A DNA stretch of 64,000 bases from Squalus acanthias (taxonomy: Eukaryota): NCBI GenBank assembly GCA_030390025.1, contig CM059433.1:31312001-31376000 (forward strand). Reading direction: 5' to 3'. Below, one piece after another: positions 13,325-26,879 of the stretch. How positions within the stretch are numbered: the stretch's first letter is position 1; the number at the start of each line of letters is the position of its first letter. The notes beneath the pieces were generated by a model. It did not search any database. It had not been told where the DNA came from and saw nothing but the letters and a program-made list of their open reading frames with translations. Both the position numbers and the translations under genes were made by a program.

Positions 13325-13490
13325 AATAGTAACTTTCAAAAGGGAATTGGATACACACTTGAAAAGTAAACATTTTCAGGGCTTATGGGGAAAGAGCACG
13401 GGAGTGGGACTAATTGGATAGCTCTTTCAAAGAGCCGGCACAGGCACGATGGGCCGAATGGCCTCCTTCTGTGCTGTATGATTCTATGTT
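13325..13490 (+). mobile_element. CR1 3' end fragment
   Basis: Matches the tails at 32720-32875 and 48860-49022. Confidence 0.8.
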
Positions 13491-14461
13491 AGCGAGCTAG
13501 AAAGAATGACAAGCAAAGGGGACAGAAAAACAGAATTGACACTCTCTCAATTGCTTTGTGAGTCGATCCAGTGAATAACTGAGCCAGCAAGAGTATCCCA
13601 GATTCAATCCCTGCTTTCTGCTGATGTTGTTGATCCCATCCAGGGTGGTGATTTAAGAAGTGTGACAGTTGGCCTCAGGGCACTGGGAGGGGAAAAGCAG
13701 CTCGGGGTTCAGCTCCTGACCTTGCAGCTTCTACGGAAGTGACCATGTGGGAAGGTGGAACGGAGACCAGGATCGGGGCACGGCTGTGAAGTCACTCAGT
13801 CCACCAGCCTGTCGACAGGAACTGTCAAAGGTTCACACGCCAATAACCAGCACTTGGGCAGGTAGCAGAAAGTGGCCGTACAATACCCACGGAACTGTAC
13901 TCCTAGCAGAGAGTCAGTGCATTCAGGAGAGCAAAGGATTAGAAAGAAAACGGCAAGAACAGAGAGAGAGAAGATAAGTTCTGGCACAGTGAGAGACCAC
14001 CTGGTAAGACTTCTGCAAATGTACAGACGCCGACTAAAAATGACTCCACTAGGAGTCGGCTACAAGCAACATCAACCAGCAAATCACCCACCAAGGCACC
14101 CGCAGTAAAATAATTTCAGGTTATGCTGCATGCTGCGCAGTGAAAAACAATCTATTTTGAAAGATAATTAGGTGCTTAACTTCATGTACATGACACATGC
14201 AAGCGCCAATCAAAACAAACTCTTGTTATTCAGCAGACAGGTTTCAGGTACCATTAATGCCAATTAGGTTTCTCCACCCACGGCATGATCTGTGTCGATA
14301 AAGGTTAACACCAGGATGACTTGCTGCATTTCTGCCGGTTTTTGAAAAAAATGGTTCAGTGGAATGCTATCTGGAACTGTGACGCTTAACTCTGCGCACA
14401 GGCTTACCAGAGAAGATGAGCCAAAATGCGTAGGCTTTGGGTGCAGCTGTTCAGTGACATT

Positions 14462-14659
14462 GGGGTAATTTTGACATTGAGCGATCATGTAAAAGGGCCG
14501 ATATCGGATCAGCCGCCCGTTATACATCTTTCCCCTTTGAAGTCAACGTAAGTTAAAATCGGGAGAGATGTACAACGGGCGAATTAAATCGGTATCGCTT
14601 GTTTTAAATGAAATCGATATCGCCCATTTTACCTCAGCGCCTAAAGTCAAATTCCGCCC
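14462..14659. mobile_element. Small Harbinger-type MITE
   Basis: TIR GGGGTAATTTTGAC / GTCAAATTCCGCCC with ATT duplicated at 14459-14461 and 14660-14662. Confidence 0.75.
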
Positions 14660-14786
14660 ATTACCTCAACTAGCACCAAGATTTATTTTAAAACCGATTC
14701 CAAATGAGTTTTAGATTTCACTTTTCCAAGCACACAGCTACTTTCAAGTTTTGAAACCATCTTTCGCCTGAACTTTTCAGATGCCA

Positions 14787-15549
14787 TGGGGTCGAGTTTC
14801 CACTAGTTTGGAAACCATCTTTCCCGTACTTCTCATAGACGCCATAGGGTCGAGTTTCCACTCGTATTATCAGCGCAATCTGGGCAGAATCGGCCGAACC
14901 AGTGCAAATGAGCGGGGAATTTTGAACGCAAATGAGTTACGCCCAAAACCACTTACATTCGTGTTTTCCGCGATCTTTTACACTGGTTTCAGATTCAAAT
15001 TTCCTGGATCAGGCCCCGCCCGCGCCCCCGTGTCAAAATTGCGAGATTCCACCGACTGCGCTGGTTTGGGGAGGTTCTTCAAATTGCGCTCATTTTTTTA
15101 GGCGCACAGGCATTGGAAAGCATGTTTTAAAAGTTTATCATGTCACAAAATATTTAATTTACTAAGAAACCGATCAGTGTACACCAATGAAAGTAGTAAA
15201 TGGTTCAGTATAGTTTTTTTAAGCGATTTTTACATCAGGTTACTCACAGGTGGAGGACTGAACACCTTTATTAAAAATGCTTATTTTTGGTGATAAACCC
15301 ATTTTTAGCTGTATTACTAAAACTTCACCCGGTTACCACTCTTAAATACAAAGAATACTGTTTAATGGAAAAGAAAGATAGAAATTATTACGTTCTGTAA
15401 TGCTGCCCGATTGTGTGGGTTCATGAAGATTTTACGCGTGATTATGCAAATTAATTTTAGCGGAAACTTGAACTGTAACCTAACCAGCACAATTCCAAGA
15501 TCATTTTGGGCGCGATTACCCGATTGCACTCAAAATGGAAACTCTACCC
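14787..15549. mobile_element. Harbinger-type MITE with duplicated left end
   Basis: GGGTCGAGTTTCCA occurs at about 14788 and about 14847. The inverted copy TGGAAACTCTACCC is at 15536-15549. Confidence 0.7.
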
Positions 15550-15884
15550 TCTTATTCAGATTCCTTCAAGAAAATGTTTACCTTGTACTGCTGCATGTAT
15601 GATTTAAATTGATAAAACATTATAGTTATCTTAATTAGTTTGTAAAAGTTATGTTTGGTAATATTTACACAGAAGATTGAATGAAATTAGCAGATTTAAC
15701 ATTCGCAGACAAGCACTTCACAGCCAATTAATTGCTTTTTGAAGTGTCAATAAACAAAGTGGCCAACTTGGACACAGCAAAGTCCCACAAACCGGAATGA
15801 GATGAATGGCCAGTTAATCTGTTCTTGGAGGTGTTGGTTGAGGGATAAATGTTGGGTAGGACTAGCAGGAAAACTCTCCTGCAG

Positions 15885-16315
15885 GTGTCAGCCTTGGCTC
15901 AGTGGTAACACTCTTGCCTATGAGTCAGCAGGCTGTGGGTTCACAGTCCCACTCTCGACAGTTCAGCACTAAATCTTGGCTGACACACCAGTGCAGTACT
16001 GAGGGAATGCTGCACTGTCGGAGGTGCCGCACTGTCGGAGGTACCGTCTTTCGGATGAGACAATAAACTGAAGCCCTGTCTGCCCTCTCAGGTGGATGTC
16101 AAAGATCCCACGGCACTATTCGAAAAAGAGCAGGGGAGTTCTCCTGGCCTCTCCTGGCCAGCATTTGTCCATCAGCAAGCACCACTAAAACAGGTCATCT
16201 GATCATTATCTCATTGCTGTTTGTGGGAGCTTGCTGTGCATAAATTGGCTGCCCCATTTCCTGCATTACAACAGTGACTACACTTTGAAAATATTCAAAA
16301 TGCAAGTCTTTCTTT
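15885..16315 (+). mobile_element. SacSINE1-like DeuSINE
   Basis: Head, core and tail are present, with minus-strand fragments of the same family on both sides. Confidence 0.85.
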
Positions 16316-18167
16316 CATACAAATAGTTTACCTAAAGAGAGGTCTCATTTTAATGCCTTAACTACCTCCGACAATGCAACTCTCTCTCAGCCTAGATTAG
16401 GTGCTCAAGTGTCTGGAGTGGGACTTGACCCTATGAATGTCAGGCTCAGAGGCAAGAGTGCAGCCACTGAGCCAAGCTGCCTCTTACATAGCACAGTGCG
16501 CAACTGGGACTTGCTTAGAAAGTATTTATTAGACAGTAGGTAGAAACAATTAAACACGTTCCGTGACAAACTGTGATCCAAAAAAGGCAAACTGTTTGGA
16601 AGTAAATAGTAAGATACAATGGGGTAACTTACTCCTGGCGCAATGGGCACTGACATCAGAAACTAGGCTGCAGTGGTCCGCTTGTCTGACCTTGCTGCTT
16701 GGACAGTTTCCCACCTATTAGTGTTGTGCAGACTGCAAAATAGATGTGCTGGCCCTTCCCAGGTTTGAATTCCCAATATGCTCTCCCTGTGTGCAAAGCT
16801 CTAATTGGATCATTTGGCCTATTTACTGTCGAAAGTGAGGCCCTGTTTTTCTCTCTCTTTTCTGCTGAAGCGACTAACCCTTGTTGGGCTGCAGCTCCAC
16901 AGGCAGAGACATCACTTTAGCACCTCTCCCAGGTAAATGATCATGCAGAAACCTAGACGGTGATTGTCAGCACAGAGGGCAATATGACAGCAGCAGATAC
17001 CATCTCCACGCAATGTCCAAACGCATGCACTTTGTGCCAGCACTTGCTAAAAGTGATTAGAAGTGGGAACTCCGGATGATTTATTTCCCCCCTCTTTCCG
17101 AATCCCGTTATAAACTTAAAAGAAAAAACCCTGAAAATTCATCCATATTCAACTTGCCAGAGTCCTCCAGGGAAACAAGACTTGGAGCAAAATGCTTTTT
17201 AATTAAAACTGTTGTGTCCATTTGCACAATACCAAGTCAATGAAGGCAAATAAGCGTGACCAGGAAGGAAGCAACTCTGGTATAAGCTCTTCGCAATTTG
17301 CTATGGGAGTAGAAAAAGGAATTAATCAATGCCGAAGAAACTGCTCCCTTTCAAACAATGTCTTGGTTAACAGAGTGCTTGCCCAGTCGGTACTGCAGTA
17401 ACGCAAATTAATTGTGTAGAAAGGGTTTCCCACTTAATGCAAACAAATGCCAGCGTCTTATAAAGTACAATGTCACCTCTTGTTATTCAATATTGTTTAA
17501 AGAACAATGGGAATTTGCTAGATTTCATTATTTCTCCTTTATTTACAATACTCACGTAGGATTTGTTCAGCTTGAGAAGCCCCTTGGAGACCGTGCAGAA
17601 CTGATTGTATGAAGTGATCTGACTTTTAACGCATTTTTCAATATGACCACAGCATCCACCGGTTTACGCATTTTTCAAGTAAATGCAAACCGCTCTAAAC
17701 AAAGCTTTCTTGTCAAAATGTGGAAATATACCAATACCCAACCCAATAAGGAACCTTGCAAAGAAAATGCTTGCCTTTTATGATATTTAAAGCTGTTGTC
17801 TCTATCCGAATTGAAGTGGGTACTTGTATTAGTTTAGCGGCCTCTGCAAAGAGTGGTGTGTTTGTGAGTTTGTTAGGCAGCTGTATTAAGGCTTCGGAAC
17901 CAAGGCAGGTAGATGGAGTTAAGATAAAGATCAGCCATGATCTAATTAAATGGCGCAACAGGCTCGGGGACCTGAATGGCCTCCTCCTGTTCCTATATGT
18001 CACACACCATTGCTATAGGACAGTAGTATTGATAATATAATACATCGACCACTTGCAGCACACCTTTATTTCATCACCTGTGGCCATCTACATTGTTGCA
18101 GTTCCATGCATTTCTGGGCTTCGAGAAGGTGTTGCTAGAGCAGACAAATGGGGGTGGGGAAGACAAG

Positions 18168-18612
18168 TGTCAGCTGTGGCTCAGTGGGTAGCACACTTGC
18201 CTCTGAGTCCCACTCCAGGGACTTGATCACATAAAAATCTAGGCTGACACTCCAGTGCAGTGCTGAGGGAGTGCTGCACTATTGGAAGTGCCATCTTTCA
18301 GATGAGACGTTAAACCGAGGCCCTGTCTGCTCTCTCAAGTGGACATAAAAGATCCCAAGCCACTATTTCGCAGAGGAGTTATCCCTGGTGTCCTGGCCAA
18401 TATTTATCCCTCAATCAACATCACTAAAAACAGATTATCTGGCCATTATCACTTTGCTGTTTGTGGGAGCTTGCTGTGCGCAAACTGGCTGCAGCATTTA
18501 CCACATTACAACAGTGACTACACTCCAAAAGTACTTCATTGGCTGTGAAGCGCTTTGAGACGTCTGGTGGTCGTGAAAGGGGCTATATAAATGCAAGTCT
18601 TTTGTTCTTTTT
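18168..18612 (+). mobile_element. SacSINE1-like DeuSINE
   Basis: Head TGTCAGCTGTGGCTCAGTGGGTAG, Deu-type core and tail GCTATATAAATGCAAGTCTTT. Confidence 0.88.
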
Positions 18613-19078
18613 CTTTTACAGGAGTATTTTCATGAATGAACTAATCTAACCCTTGAAATACAGCGAGTACTCCTGCATAGGACAGTGATGGGTTTCACTG
18701 TAGTCCCATAAGCGGCATCAAACTCATCAAATTCAGTTTAAAGTTAAACTTTGCAGTGCTACTAGTTTGTTACAAAGATGTTTTCAAAGTTGGCAGATTG
18801 CCTTTTTAATAACTTTAAGTGAGTTTTTATTACTATATTAAATTACTTTTAAACCTTAGGGCACCATTGACAAAATAACTGATCAGGGCCTTCAAGAAAC
18901 TGACATTGATTTGCTAACCCTCCCCTTTTCGCAGCTCCTTCGTCTTTCCCCCAATGGATTGACTCTTGTTGGTTTCCATAGGCACTGAAAACCCTCAGCC
19001 ATGTAGCCGTTCTTCCTGTGGGTGCCAAGCAGCGAGTGTCAGCAGATTAGCTCAGCAAGGTGGGGAGGTCATCAGGGC

Positions 19079-19996
19079 TGAAGGATTTTTGGACTTTTCA
19101 AAACCAGTTTTAAGGAAACTAAAGGATTGACTCGAACTCTGGATTAATTACCTGCTAAAGGAGCTGAGTTTGTTTAAAATAACTGTTAAATTTACTGTTT
19201 AAGGCAGTGTGCTGGGATTGTTGGCCATATTTGGAAAGTCTTATTCAGCAGTCTGTCTTGAAGGCTAAAGATATGACAGCTGCAAGGCATTGAAAGTCTG
19301 TGAGAAGCTGTGGTAAACATCAGATGCTGTAGCATCAGTCTGTGTCACCATGGGGGAAGAGACAGTGGAAAGTTACTGAAAAAGTTTGTTTGGCACCAGC
19401 AAGAAGGGTATAACACCAGCCATTTTAGTAAGTTCGAGGAGACAGCCCACAAGACCAACAAAAGACAGTCTAGAGATAGTCCAGAAGAACATCTAACTAA
19501 GTTAGATATCAGGAGGTGGCTCTTTTTGCAGAGAATAGTAGACCTCTGGAACAGACTGCCGGCTTGTGCGGTGGAGGCCGATTCGCTGAATTCCTTCAAG
19601 CGAGAGCTGGACCTGTTTCTGGCTGGGCTGCAGATCACCTCCTACAAGAAGTAGGTACTGCATAGATTTATCAGGGTCAGAGTGATCACCTGGACTAGGT
19701 TTGAATGTCTAGAGAGGGTCGGAGAAGAATTTTCCAGATTTTTTTTCTGCCTATTTGGCCTGGGTTTTCACCTCTCTCAGGAGATCACATGCTTTTAGGG
19801 TGGATGGATCAGAGGGTCTCTTCCTATCATCACTGTTTGAGTTGTGCTATTGACGTAAAGGTTGCATGAATCTCTATTGGTGAAACTCGTTATATTTGAA
19901 TGTTAATAAAACCAATTGTTAGAGAAGTTTATAGCCTTGGTTGATTCCTACTTCTGATTACCTTAAAGAGTTAAGAGTCAAAACAAATACCTTACA
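19079..19996 (+). mobile_element. Probable old solo LTR with nested CR1 3' fragment (about 19497-19835)
   Basis: TG..CA ends (TGAAGGATTT / AAATACCTTACA) and AATAAA near 19905. It interrupts an older SINE-like repeat, but the TSD is poor (GGGC/CAGC). Confidence 0.5.
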
Positions 19997-20738
19997 CAGC
20001 TGAACATCCTGTTCTGACCTGACATACGCACTTTCCAGCAGGGGTCACAATATAACAACCAAGAGCAGGAACCCTGCATGTTTCCTATTCTTCCACTCCA
20101 GGCATACTGGGGATTGTAGGATCCCAACTGTTCCCTAGACTGAGATCAGCGAATAGAATTGGAATCAGACCTGCCTCTTTGTGGTCTGTACAGCTTAGTG
20201 CTGCACCAGGGAGTGCATTCATCCACTAGGACATCAGGGAAGTTGTCTTTTCCCTTTAAAAGATCTGATAACTTCAAAGGCATGATCAAATCCACGTTCA
20301 ACGCTGAGGCACTCCAATGGCCTATGAAAGCAGTTTTTCAATTAATCAGTGATCAAATTTCAAAGATATGGACCTCAGGAAGTCAGATCCTTAGAGGTAG
20401 GAAAAAAAAGTTTAGATCTTAAATGTGACGCAAGTCAAAATTAAGAGTTTAAATGGATTACATAAAGAAGAAATGATATAAAATCAAAGTTAAAAGTGAA
20501 AATTGAAGAAATAGACACCAAGGCAGGAAGAGATATAGGGAAATGGATCAAGAGGCAGAGCAAAAGTAGTTTTTTTTTACATTTTTGAGGTATATATTAT
20601 GGGAAAAATCACATTACCATTACAGTAACATGGTCAGCTCAGTGGCATAACTATTCTAATGTTAAGAAGTTTTTGTTTCTGAACTTTTTTTAAATGGGTC
20701 AATCAGCGAGAGCAACAGCTGGAAAGGTTAAGAGATAT

Positions 20739-20905
20739 GGGGCAGAATTCTCATGGGGAGTCTTCTGATCTCCCGCTGTAACTTTAACAGCAGCCACAGA
20801 GAAACAGCACAAACAGCCACTTACACACTTCTCCTGGGTTTGCGTCGATCTTCCGCCAAAGTTACAGTAGGAGATCGGGAAAGCACCTCGTGAAAATTAA
20901 ACCCC
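20739..20905. mobile_element. Palindromic MITE
   Basis: GGGG..CCCC ends and internal inverted arms GATCTCCCGCTGTAACTTT / AAAGTTACAGTAGGAGATC. Confidence 0.65.
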
Positions 20906-20974
20906 TTTAATTTTAAGGGCAAGTGGGTTCCACAGAGTTGGTGGTGAACCAAGATATCCTCACCCTATCTGCAG

Positions 20975-21535
20975 CCTAGATGTTAAACTTGCATAAAACC
21001 TTGGTTTACCCACACTTGGGAGTACTGCACAGAGTTCTGGTCTCCATATTATAAAAAAGGATAAAGAGGCACTGGAGAAGGTGCAAAAAATTTACAAGAA
21101 TGATACTGGAACTGAGAGGTTATAACTATCAGGATAGACTGAACAGGCTGTGGCTCATTTCTCTGGAAAAGATGTTGACCTAATAGAGGTTGTTAAAATG
21201 ATGAAGCGGTTCGAAAGGGTAGACGTAGAAGATGTTTTCACTTGTGGGGGAGACCAAAACTAGGAGTCATAAATATAAGATAAGGAATTCAGGAGAAACT
21301 TCTTTACCCAGAGAGTGATTAGAAGGTTGAACTTGCTACCATATGGAGTAGTTGAGGCAAATAGCATAGAAGCATTCAAGGGAAGGGTAGATAAGTACAT
21401 GAGGGAGGAAGGAATAGAAGGATCTGTTAATAGGGCTAGATGATGTGGAGTGGGAGGAGGCTCATGTGGAACATAAACACCGGCATAGACCAGCTGGGTT
21501 GAATGGCCTGTTTCTGTGCTGTACATTCTATGTAT
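20975..21535 (+). mobile_element. CR1 LINE 3' fragment
   Basis: Degenerate KTLVxPHLxYC motif and a CR1 3' UTR. Confidence 0.85.
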
Positions 21536-22729
21536 GACCTGAATTTTCAGTCGAATACCTAGTCACAATACAAAAGGTTGGTGAGGTATAGAAGGAACTG
21601 AAAATGGGAGTCAATCTGGACCACTCGTGCTCCTGCTAGTAGCAACTGAAGAACAGCACGAGTGGAAGCCATGGCACTATTAAGTAGCAGTAGGATGGGA
21701 ATTGAAACGCACTATTATCTACTGGGACAGTTTTTGCTCTCTCTCTCTCTCAGATAACAAAGACTGGGCTCACTAGAGCTCATTTGCAATGTCAACATGA
21801 AAAGCTGAAGAGATTACAGTGGATACATCAGATACTCGGCATCAATTTCAATAAAAGCAAAGCAAATTAATATCACAGAGACGGGTTCATGAATATTTAC
21901 TAAACAATCACCTTGAAATTGATTACAGGCTCGGTGGTCATTTAAACGAAATGTATCAAAGCAGACAGATGAAGAAAGGCGACACGACTCATTCATAAAT
22001 CAGAGAACAATTTGTTGTGCTTTTTTAAAAAATCTTTGTTTTTCTTGGTTCAAATTAACATTTGCATTTTGGAAAGATAATAATTATTTTTAAAAGAAAC
22101 CTCAATCTGGATTAATTTATGAGTCAGTAAACTGCCAGACTTGTTTTGGGCATGTCAGTGAAAGGCAAACTCGAATATGGGTCAAGCATATGTTGCTGGC
22201 TGCACCTAAATCTTCAGTGTATGTCTTTCATAACTCAAGAACAAGGCAAATACTAGCGGACTGACTAAGTCATGTTTAATCATTGCTCGGTGTGAACAAG
22301 GGAAGCAGACCGAAAAATGGACTTGCTGGGACAATTTCACATAAAAGGTTTTCGAAATGTTTCTGATGAGCATCTGGCTAATTGTTCCAACAGTCACTAA
22401 GGCCTAAAATTACAGCAAAGTAGAAAGACACAGCATAACATAAAACTTGGGTAATTCGCAATAATGTCCTGTCCCCCAGTTTGCTCCCTTCATCTCAAGC
22501 TGGGCTACAGTTCCAAGGGGTGCTGTAGTCCTTTTGTTCCCTCACCCAGATGTGAGCCTTGCTAGTGAATGCTAGCATGTCATTCCAGCAAGATTACCTC
22601 TGGTTGGGGAGGCCGTGAGGAAGGAGTGTCAATTACAAGTCATCACTAAGAGAGTGAGGAGAAGGGTTAGGAAAAATGTCTTTATGCAGAGAGTTCTTTG
22701 AGCATGGATAGTTTTGGCACAGGGAGTAG

Positions 22730-23515
22730 TTCGCGCCACAGAAGTGCCAGGCAATGACTATCTCCAACAAGCGAGAGTCTAAACACCACCCCTTGACATT
22801 CAATGGCATTACCATCGCCGAATCCCCCACCATCAACATCCTGGGGGTCACCATTGACCAGAAACTTAACTGGACCAGCCACATAAATACCGTGGCAACA
22901 AGAGCAGGTCAGAGGCTGGGCATTCTGCGGCGAGTGTCTCACCTCCTGACTCCCCAAAGCCTTTCCACCATCTACAAGGCACAAGTAAGGAGTGTGATGG
23001 AATACTCTCCACTTGCCTGGATGAGTGCAGCTTCAACAACACTCAAGAAGCTCGACACCATCCAGGACAAAGCAGCCCGCTTGATTGGCACCCCATCCAC
23101 CACCTTAAACATTCACTCCCTCCACCACCGGCGTACCGTGGCTGCAGTGTGTACCATCTACAAGATGTACCGCAGCAACTCGCCAAGGCTTCTTCGGCAG
23201 CACCTCCCAAACCCGCGACCTCTTCCACCTATAATAACAAGGGCAACAGACTCATGGGAACACCACCACCTCCAAGTTCCCCTCCAGGTCACACACCATC
23301 CTGACTTAGAAGTATGTCGCCGATCCTTCATCGTCGATGGGTCAAAATCCTGGAACTCCCTACCTAACAGCACTGTGGGAGTACCTTCACCACACCGACT
23401 GCAGCGGTTCAAGAAGGCGGCTCACCACCACCTTCTCAAGGGCAATTAGGGATGGGCAATAAATGCTGGCCTTGCCAGCGATGCCCACATCCCATAAAAA
23501 TGAATTTAAAAAAAA
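22730..23515 (+). mobile_element. CR1/L2-supergroup LINE (family C), 5'-truncated
   Basis: ORF 22754-23449 includes ILGVTIDQKLNWTSHI..IYKAQVRSVMEYSPLAW, a non-LTR ORF2 C-terminus. Confidence 0.9.
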
Positions 23516-24290
23516 GTTGAGGCTGCAAGCCATTGCATCTTTTAAGGGAATAGTAGATAAACATTTGAAGCAGTGGAAGATACAGGGCTATGGGGAGCGA
23601 TCTGGGCAGTGGGATTAGTTTGGATTACTCTAGCGAAGAGCTAGTACAGACACAATGTACCAAATCTTTTGTGTTGCAAATTTCTATGGTTCTATGGCAC
23701 GCTCACCAAGTTCAATCTTCTTTGCACCCAACGCCCACATTGGTACACTGCAGAAAGAATCATGGTGTAGCAATCAGGAACTGGAGCACTGGCTCATTTT
23801 TGCTTCCCTAGCCTTGGACAATTAAATATTCCTTCGAGTGCCCTGGCTGAGATCAGGTAAATTAGCACCGGCCAGGGATCAAAACTGGGTCTCTCCTGAT
23901 TTGCATAGCTGATTTCTACATTCGGTGCTGCATTTACCAGCAGAGTCAGAGAGACGCTCTTTGCAGTAACTTTGACACCAACCTAATATCAGGTAGTAAA
24001 TGGCAATCTAAGTAAATTGCAGTCTGCGAATTTGGGCGGTAGTTGGCAAAATCCAACATAGGTTTAACACAGCAGTAAACCTTTTGCCTCAATTATTAAG
24101 TGTCAGATCCAGCTAAATTAAGTTCTGCATCAAATTCTAAACTGTTACATGTTGTGCACTGCTGGAGTTGAAAGTCACACTCCAACATAAAAGTTACATT
24201 CCAACAGTCCTTAACTTACATCACCAAAAGATAAAAGTTGTATTTTACTATCTGTTAGAATGCGTCAGTTAAAATGATGCAACATACTAT

Positions 24291-25183
24291 GGGGGAAAAA
24301 TTCAGTCGCGCCCCGTTTGGGGCGCAAATATCGTCCGGGCGCAAAAATTAGCGCCTGGCACTAATTATCGCCACCGACTGCAAACTTGACTTTTATCGCC
24401 CCTGGAGGTGATTGCAGCGCTAAATCAGGCGCTTCACACCTGTCTTAAGGCGCAAAGGCCGAGGAGCGAGGCGCTACCTCAGAGCACTGGCGAAGCTCAT
24501 GTAATGTCAGTCAGCAATGGAACACACACACAATGGCACGGGCCAGTTCTTAAAGGGGATGGTTAATCTTGCTTTCCATCCACATCCTGCTCATTGCAGC
24601 CTTGAATCTCGGCCTGGAGAGACCTGCACATCAAATGTGCTGGAAAGAACAATGGAGAGTACCAGGCAAAGAGCTCAGAGTGCAGCCCCCACACTCTCTG
24701 CTAAATCGATACAAGGAATGGCAAATCAAAATGAACCTGCAAAGTGCTGCTCAGTACCCAAAACTCCTTCACACAACGTTGAATCTCTCCAGAAGTCTCT
24801 CCCTCTCTCTCTCAGAATGCGTAGTTCAAAAATGGCACCAACAATAAAAGGCAGGAAGCGGTCACCTTTAAATAGCGCTCCCCCTTTCCCTTCATGACTG
24901 CAGAATGCTCCCCTCAACCTGTCGTTGCTAGCGTCAGGCGGTAAGGCAGGGGGCGCCACTCAATATCCGCTCCGGGGCGATACCGGGGTGTTGCGCACTC
25001 GAGTGACGTCATGATCTGCCGGTGCAGGAGATCGCGGCGATAAAGTTTAGCGCCGCCGCAAAATGTCTAGTTAAGTTCGCGAGTGGCGCAAATATCGCTG
25101 CGCCCGGGCGCTAGCTGCTTTGCGCCCCATTAGCGCCCTCTTAAGGCGCTAACGGGAGGCGCAACCAACTGAATTTTTCCCCC
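24291..25183. mobile_element. Harbinger-type non-autonomous element
   Basis: Perfect 16-bp TIR GGGGGAAAAATTCAGT / ACTGAATTTTTCCCCC with perfect 3-bp TSD TAT. Confidence 0.9.
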
Positions 25184-25191
25184 TATATATT

Positions 25192-25970
25192 CTTTTATTC
25201 ATTCATGGGATGTGGACATCGCTGGCAAGGCCAACATTTATTGCCCATCCCTAATTTCCCTTGAGAAGGTGGTGGTTAGCTGCCACCTTGAACCGCTGCA
25301 GTCCGTGTGGTGAAGGTACTCTAACAGTGCTGGTAGGGAGGGTGTTCCAGCATTTTGACCCAGCGATGAAGAAGGAACAGCGATATATTTCCAAGTCAGG
25401 ATGGTGTGTGACTTTGAGGGGAACTTGCAGGTGATGGTGTTCCCATATGCCTACTGCCCTTGTCCTTCTAGGTGGTAGAGGTCACGTGTTTGGGAGGTGC
25501 TGCTGAAGAAGCCTTGACGAGTTGCTGCAGTGCATCTTGTAGGCGGTACACACTGCAGCCACGGTGTGCCGGTGGTGGAGGAAGTGAATGTTTAAGGTGG
25601 TGGATGGGGTGCCAATCAAGTGGGCTGCTTTGACCTGGATGGTGTCGAGCTTCTTGACTGTCGTTGGAGCTGCACTCATCCAGGCAAGTGGCGAGTATTC
25701 CATCACACTTCTAACTTGTGCCTTGTAGATGGTAGAAAGGCTTTGGGGAGTGAGGAGGTGAGACACTTGCTGTAGAATACCCAGCCTTTGACAGGCTCTT
25801 TTAGCCACAGTATTGATGTGGCTTGTCCATTCTGGTCAATGGTAACTCTCATGATGTTGATGGTGGGGGATTTGGCTCTGGTAATGCAATTGAATGTCAA
25901 GGGGCGCTGGTTAGACTCTCTCGTTGGAGATAATCATTGTTTGGTACTTGTGTGGCACGAATGTTACTTA
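25192..25970 (-). mobile_element. LINE family C, 5'-truncated
   Basis: ORF 25482-25808 is nearly identical to the protein of 22754-23449. Confidence 0.9.
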
Positions 25971-26167
25971 TATATTGATGCTGGAGGCATTATGCACTAA
26001 TATGGGTGATTTTTCCAACATGCGTGTGGTGCAATATATGCAGAGTATCCTTCTATATTGTACTATATTAGTGCATTATTCGGAGTACATGTTGGACCTG
26101 GATACAAGTACGACATACGGAGAAAATAATTATTCTGTTGCAACTGCCACCAGAGCTAAGCACTCTG

Positions 26168-26326
26168 ATACAAGTTTAACATAACTTCTCTGCTTTTCGA
26201 TTGTATCCCTCTGGAAATGAACCCCAGTGCTTTGTTTGCACTTTTTTAACCAGCGTTGCTACGTTTACTGATTTGTGTATCTGTACCCCAAGCTCCCTCT
26301 GCACCTTTACCCCATTTAGACTCTTA
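26168..26326 (-). mobile_element. CR1 fragment, target of the Harbinger insertion (continues about 30478-30510)
   Basis: CR1 ORF2-like sequence resumes right after the right TIR (CTTTCCAAGGAGTAGCTGGCCTC). Confidence 0.7.
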
Positions 26327-26879
26327 GGCTGGAATTTTCCAGGGGGTCGGCGGGTGGTATCGGTGGCAGGTGGGATGGTAAAGTGTTTTTTTTCCCCCCG
26401 TAGCGGGTCGGGACTCTGCTGTCAACCCGCCGCCAAGCGCCTTACTCAATGTCAGGTCTGTCAGCGCTGAGCAGACCTGACACGCAGCGGCAGGGGACCC
26501 AATTAAACTGATTATTACTTTGTTGAGAGAGCATTAAGAATACATTTTACCTTACCTTTTGACTTTACGTGCTCACCCACGGGGTCCACGCTGCTCGGGA
26601 ATCACGTCAGTGAATCTGAGGCGGGAGTTGAATGGTCATTGAATCATCTCATTACTTCACAGCTTGAAATGTGCTATAAAAGCTCCCATCTCACAGCTGT
26701 TCACTTTCCAAGCTCAGAAGCTGTTGCTTACTGCATTTGGTAGACAGATTGAGCTTTATGCAGGTTGCAAATGTTTGGCGCAAACTCTCTATCCAATGTC
26801 ACCTCATTGGGACAACCTCTCTCGCCATTGACAGATTGCTTCTGTCATCTCAACTTCACCTGCCATCTATTCCATCAGC

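Noticed and set aside
17160..17700. Repeat-free, TAAT-rich stretch (also about 21800-22400) as a conserved enhancer
   Set aside because: It cannot be supported without cross-species alignment.
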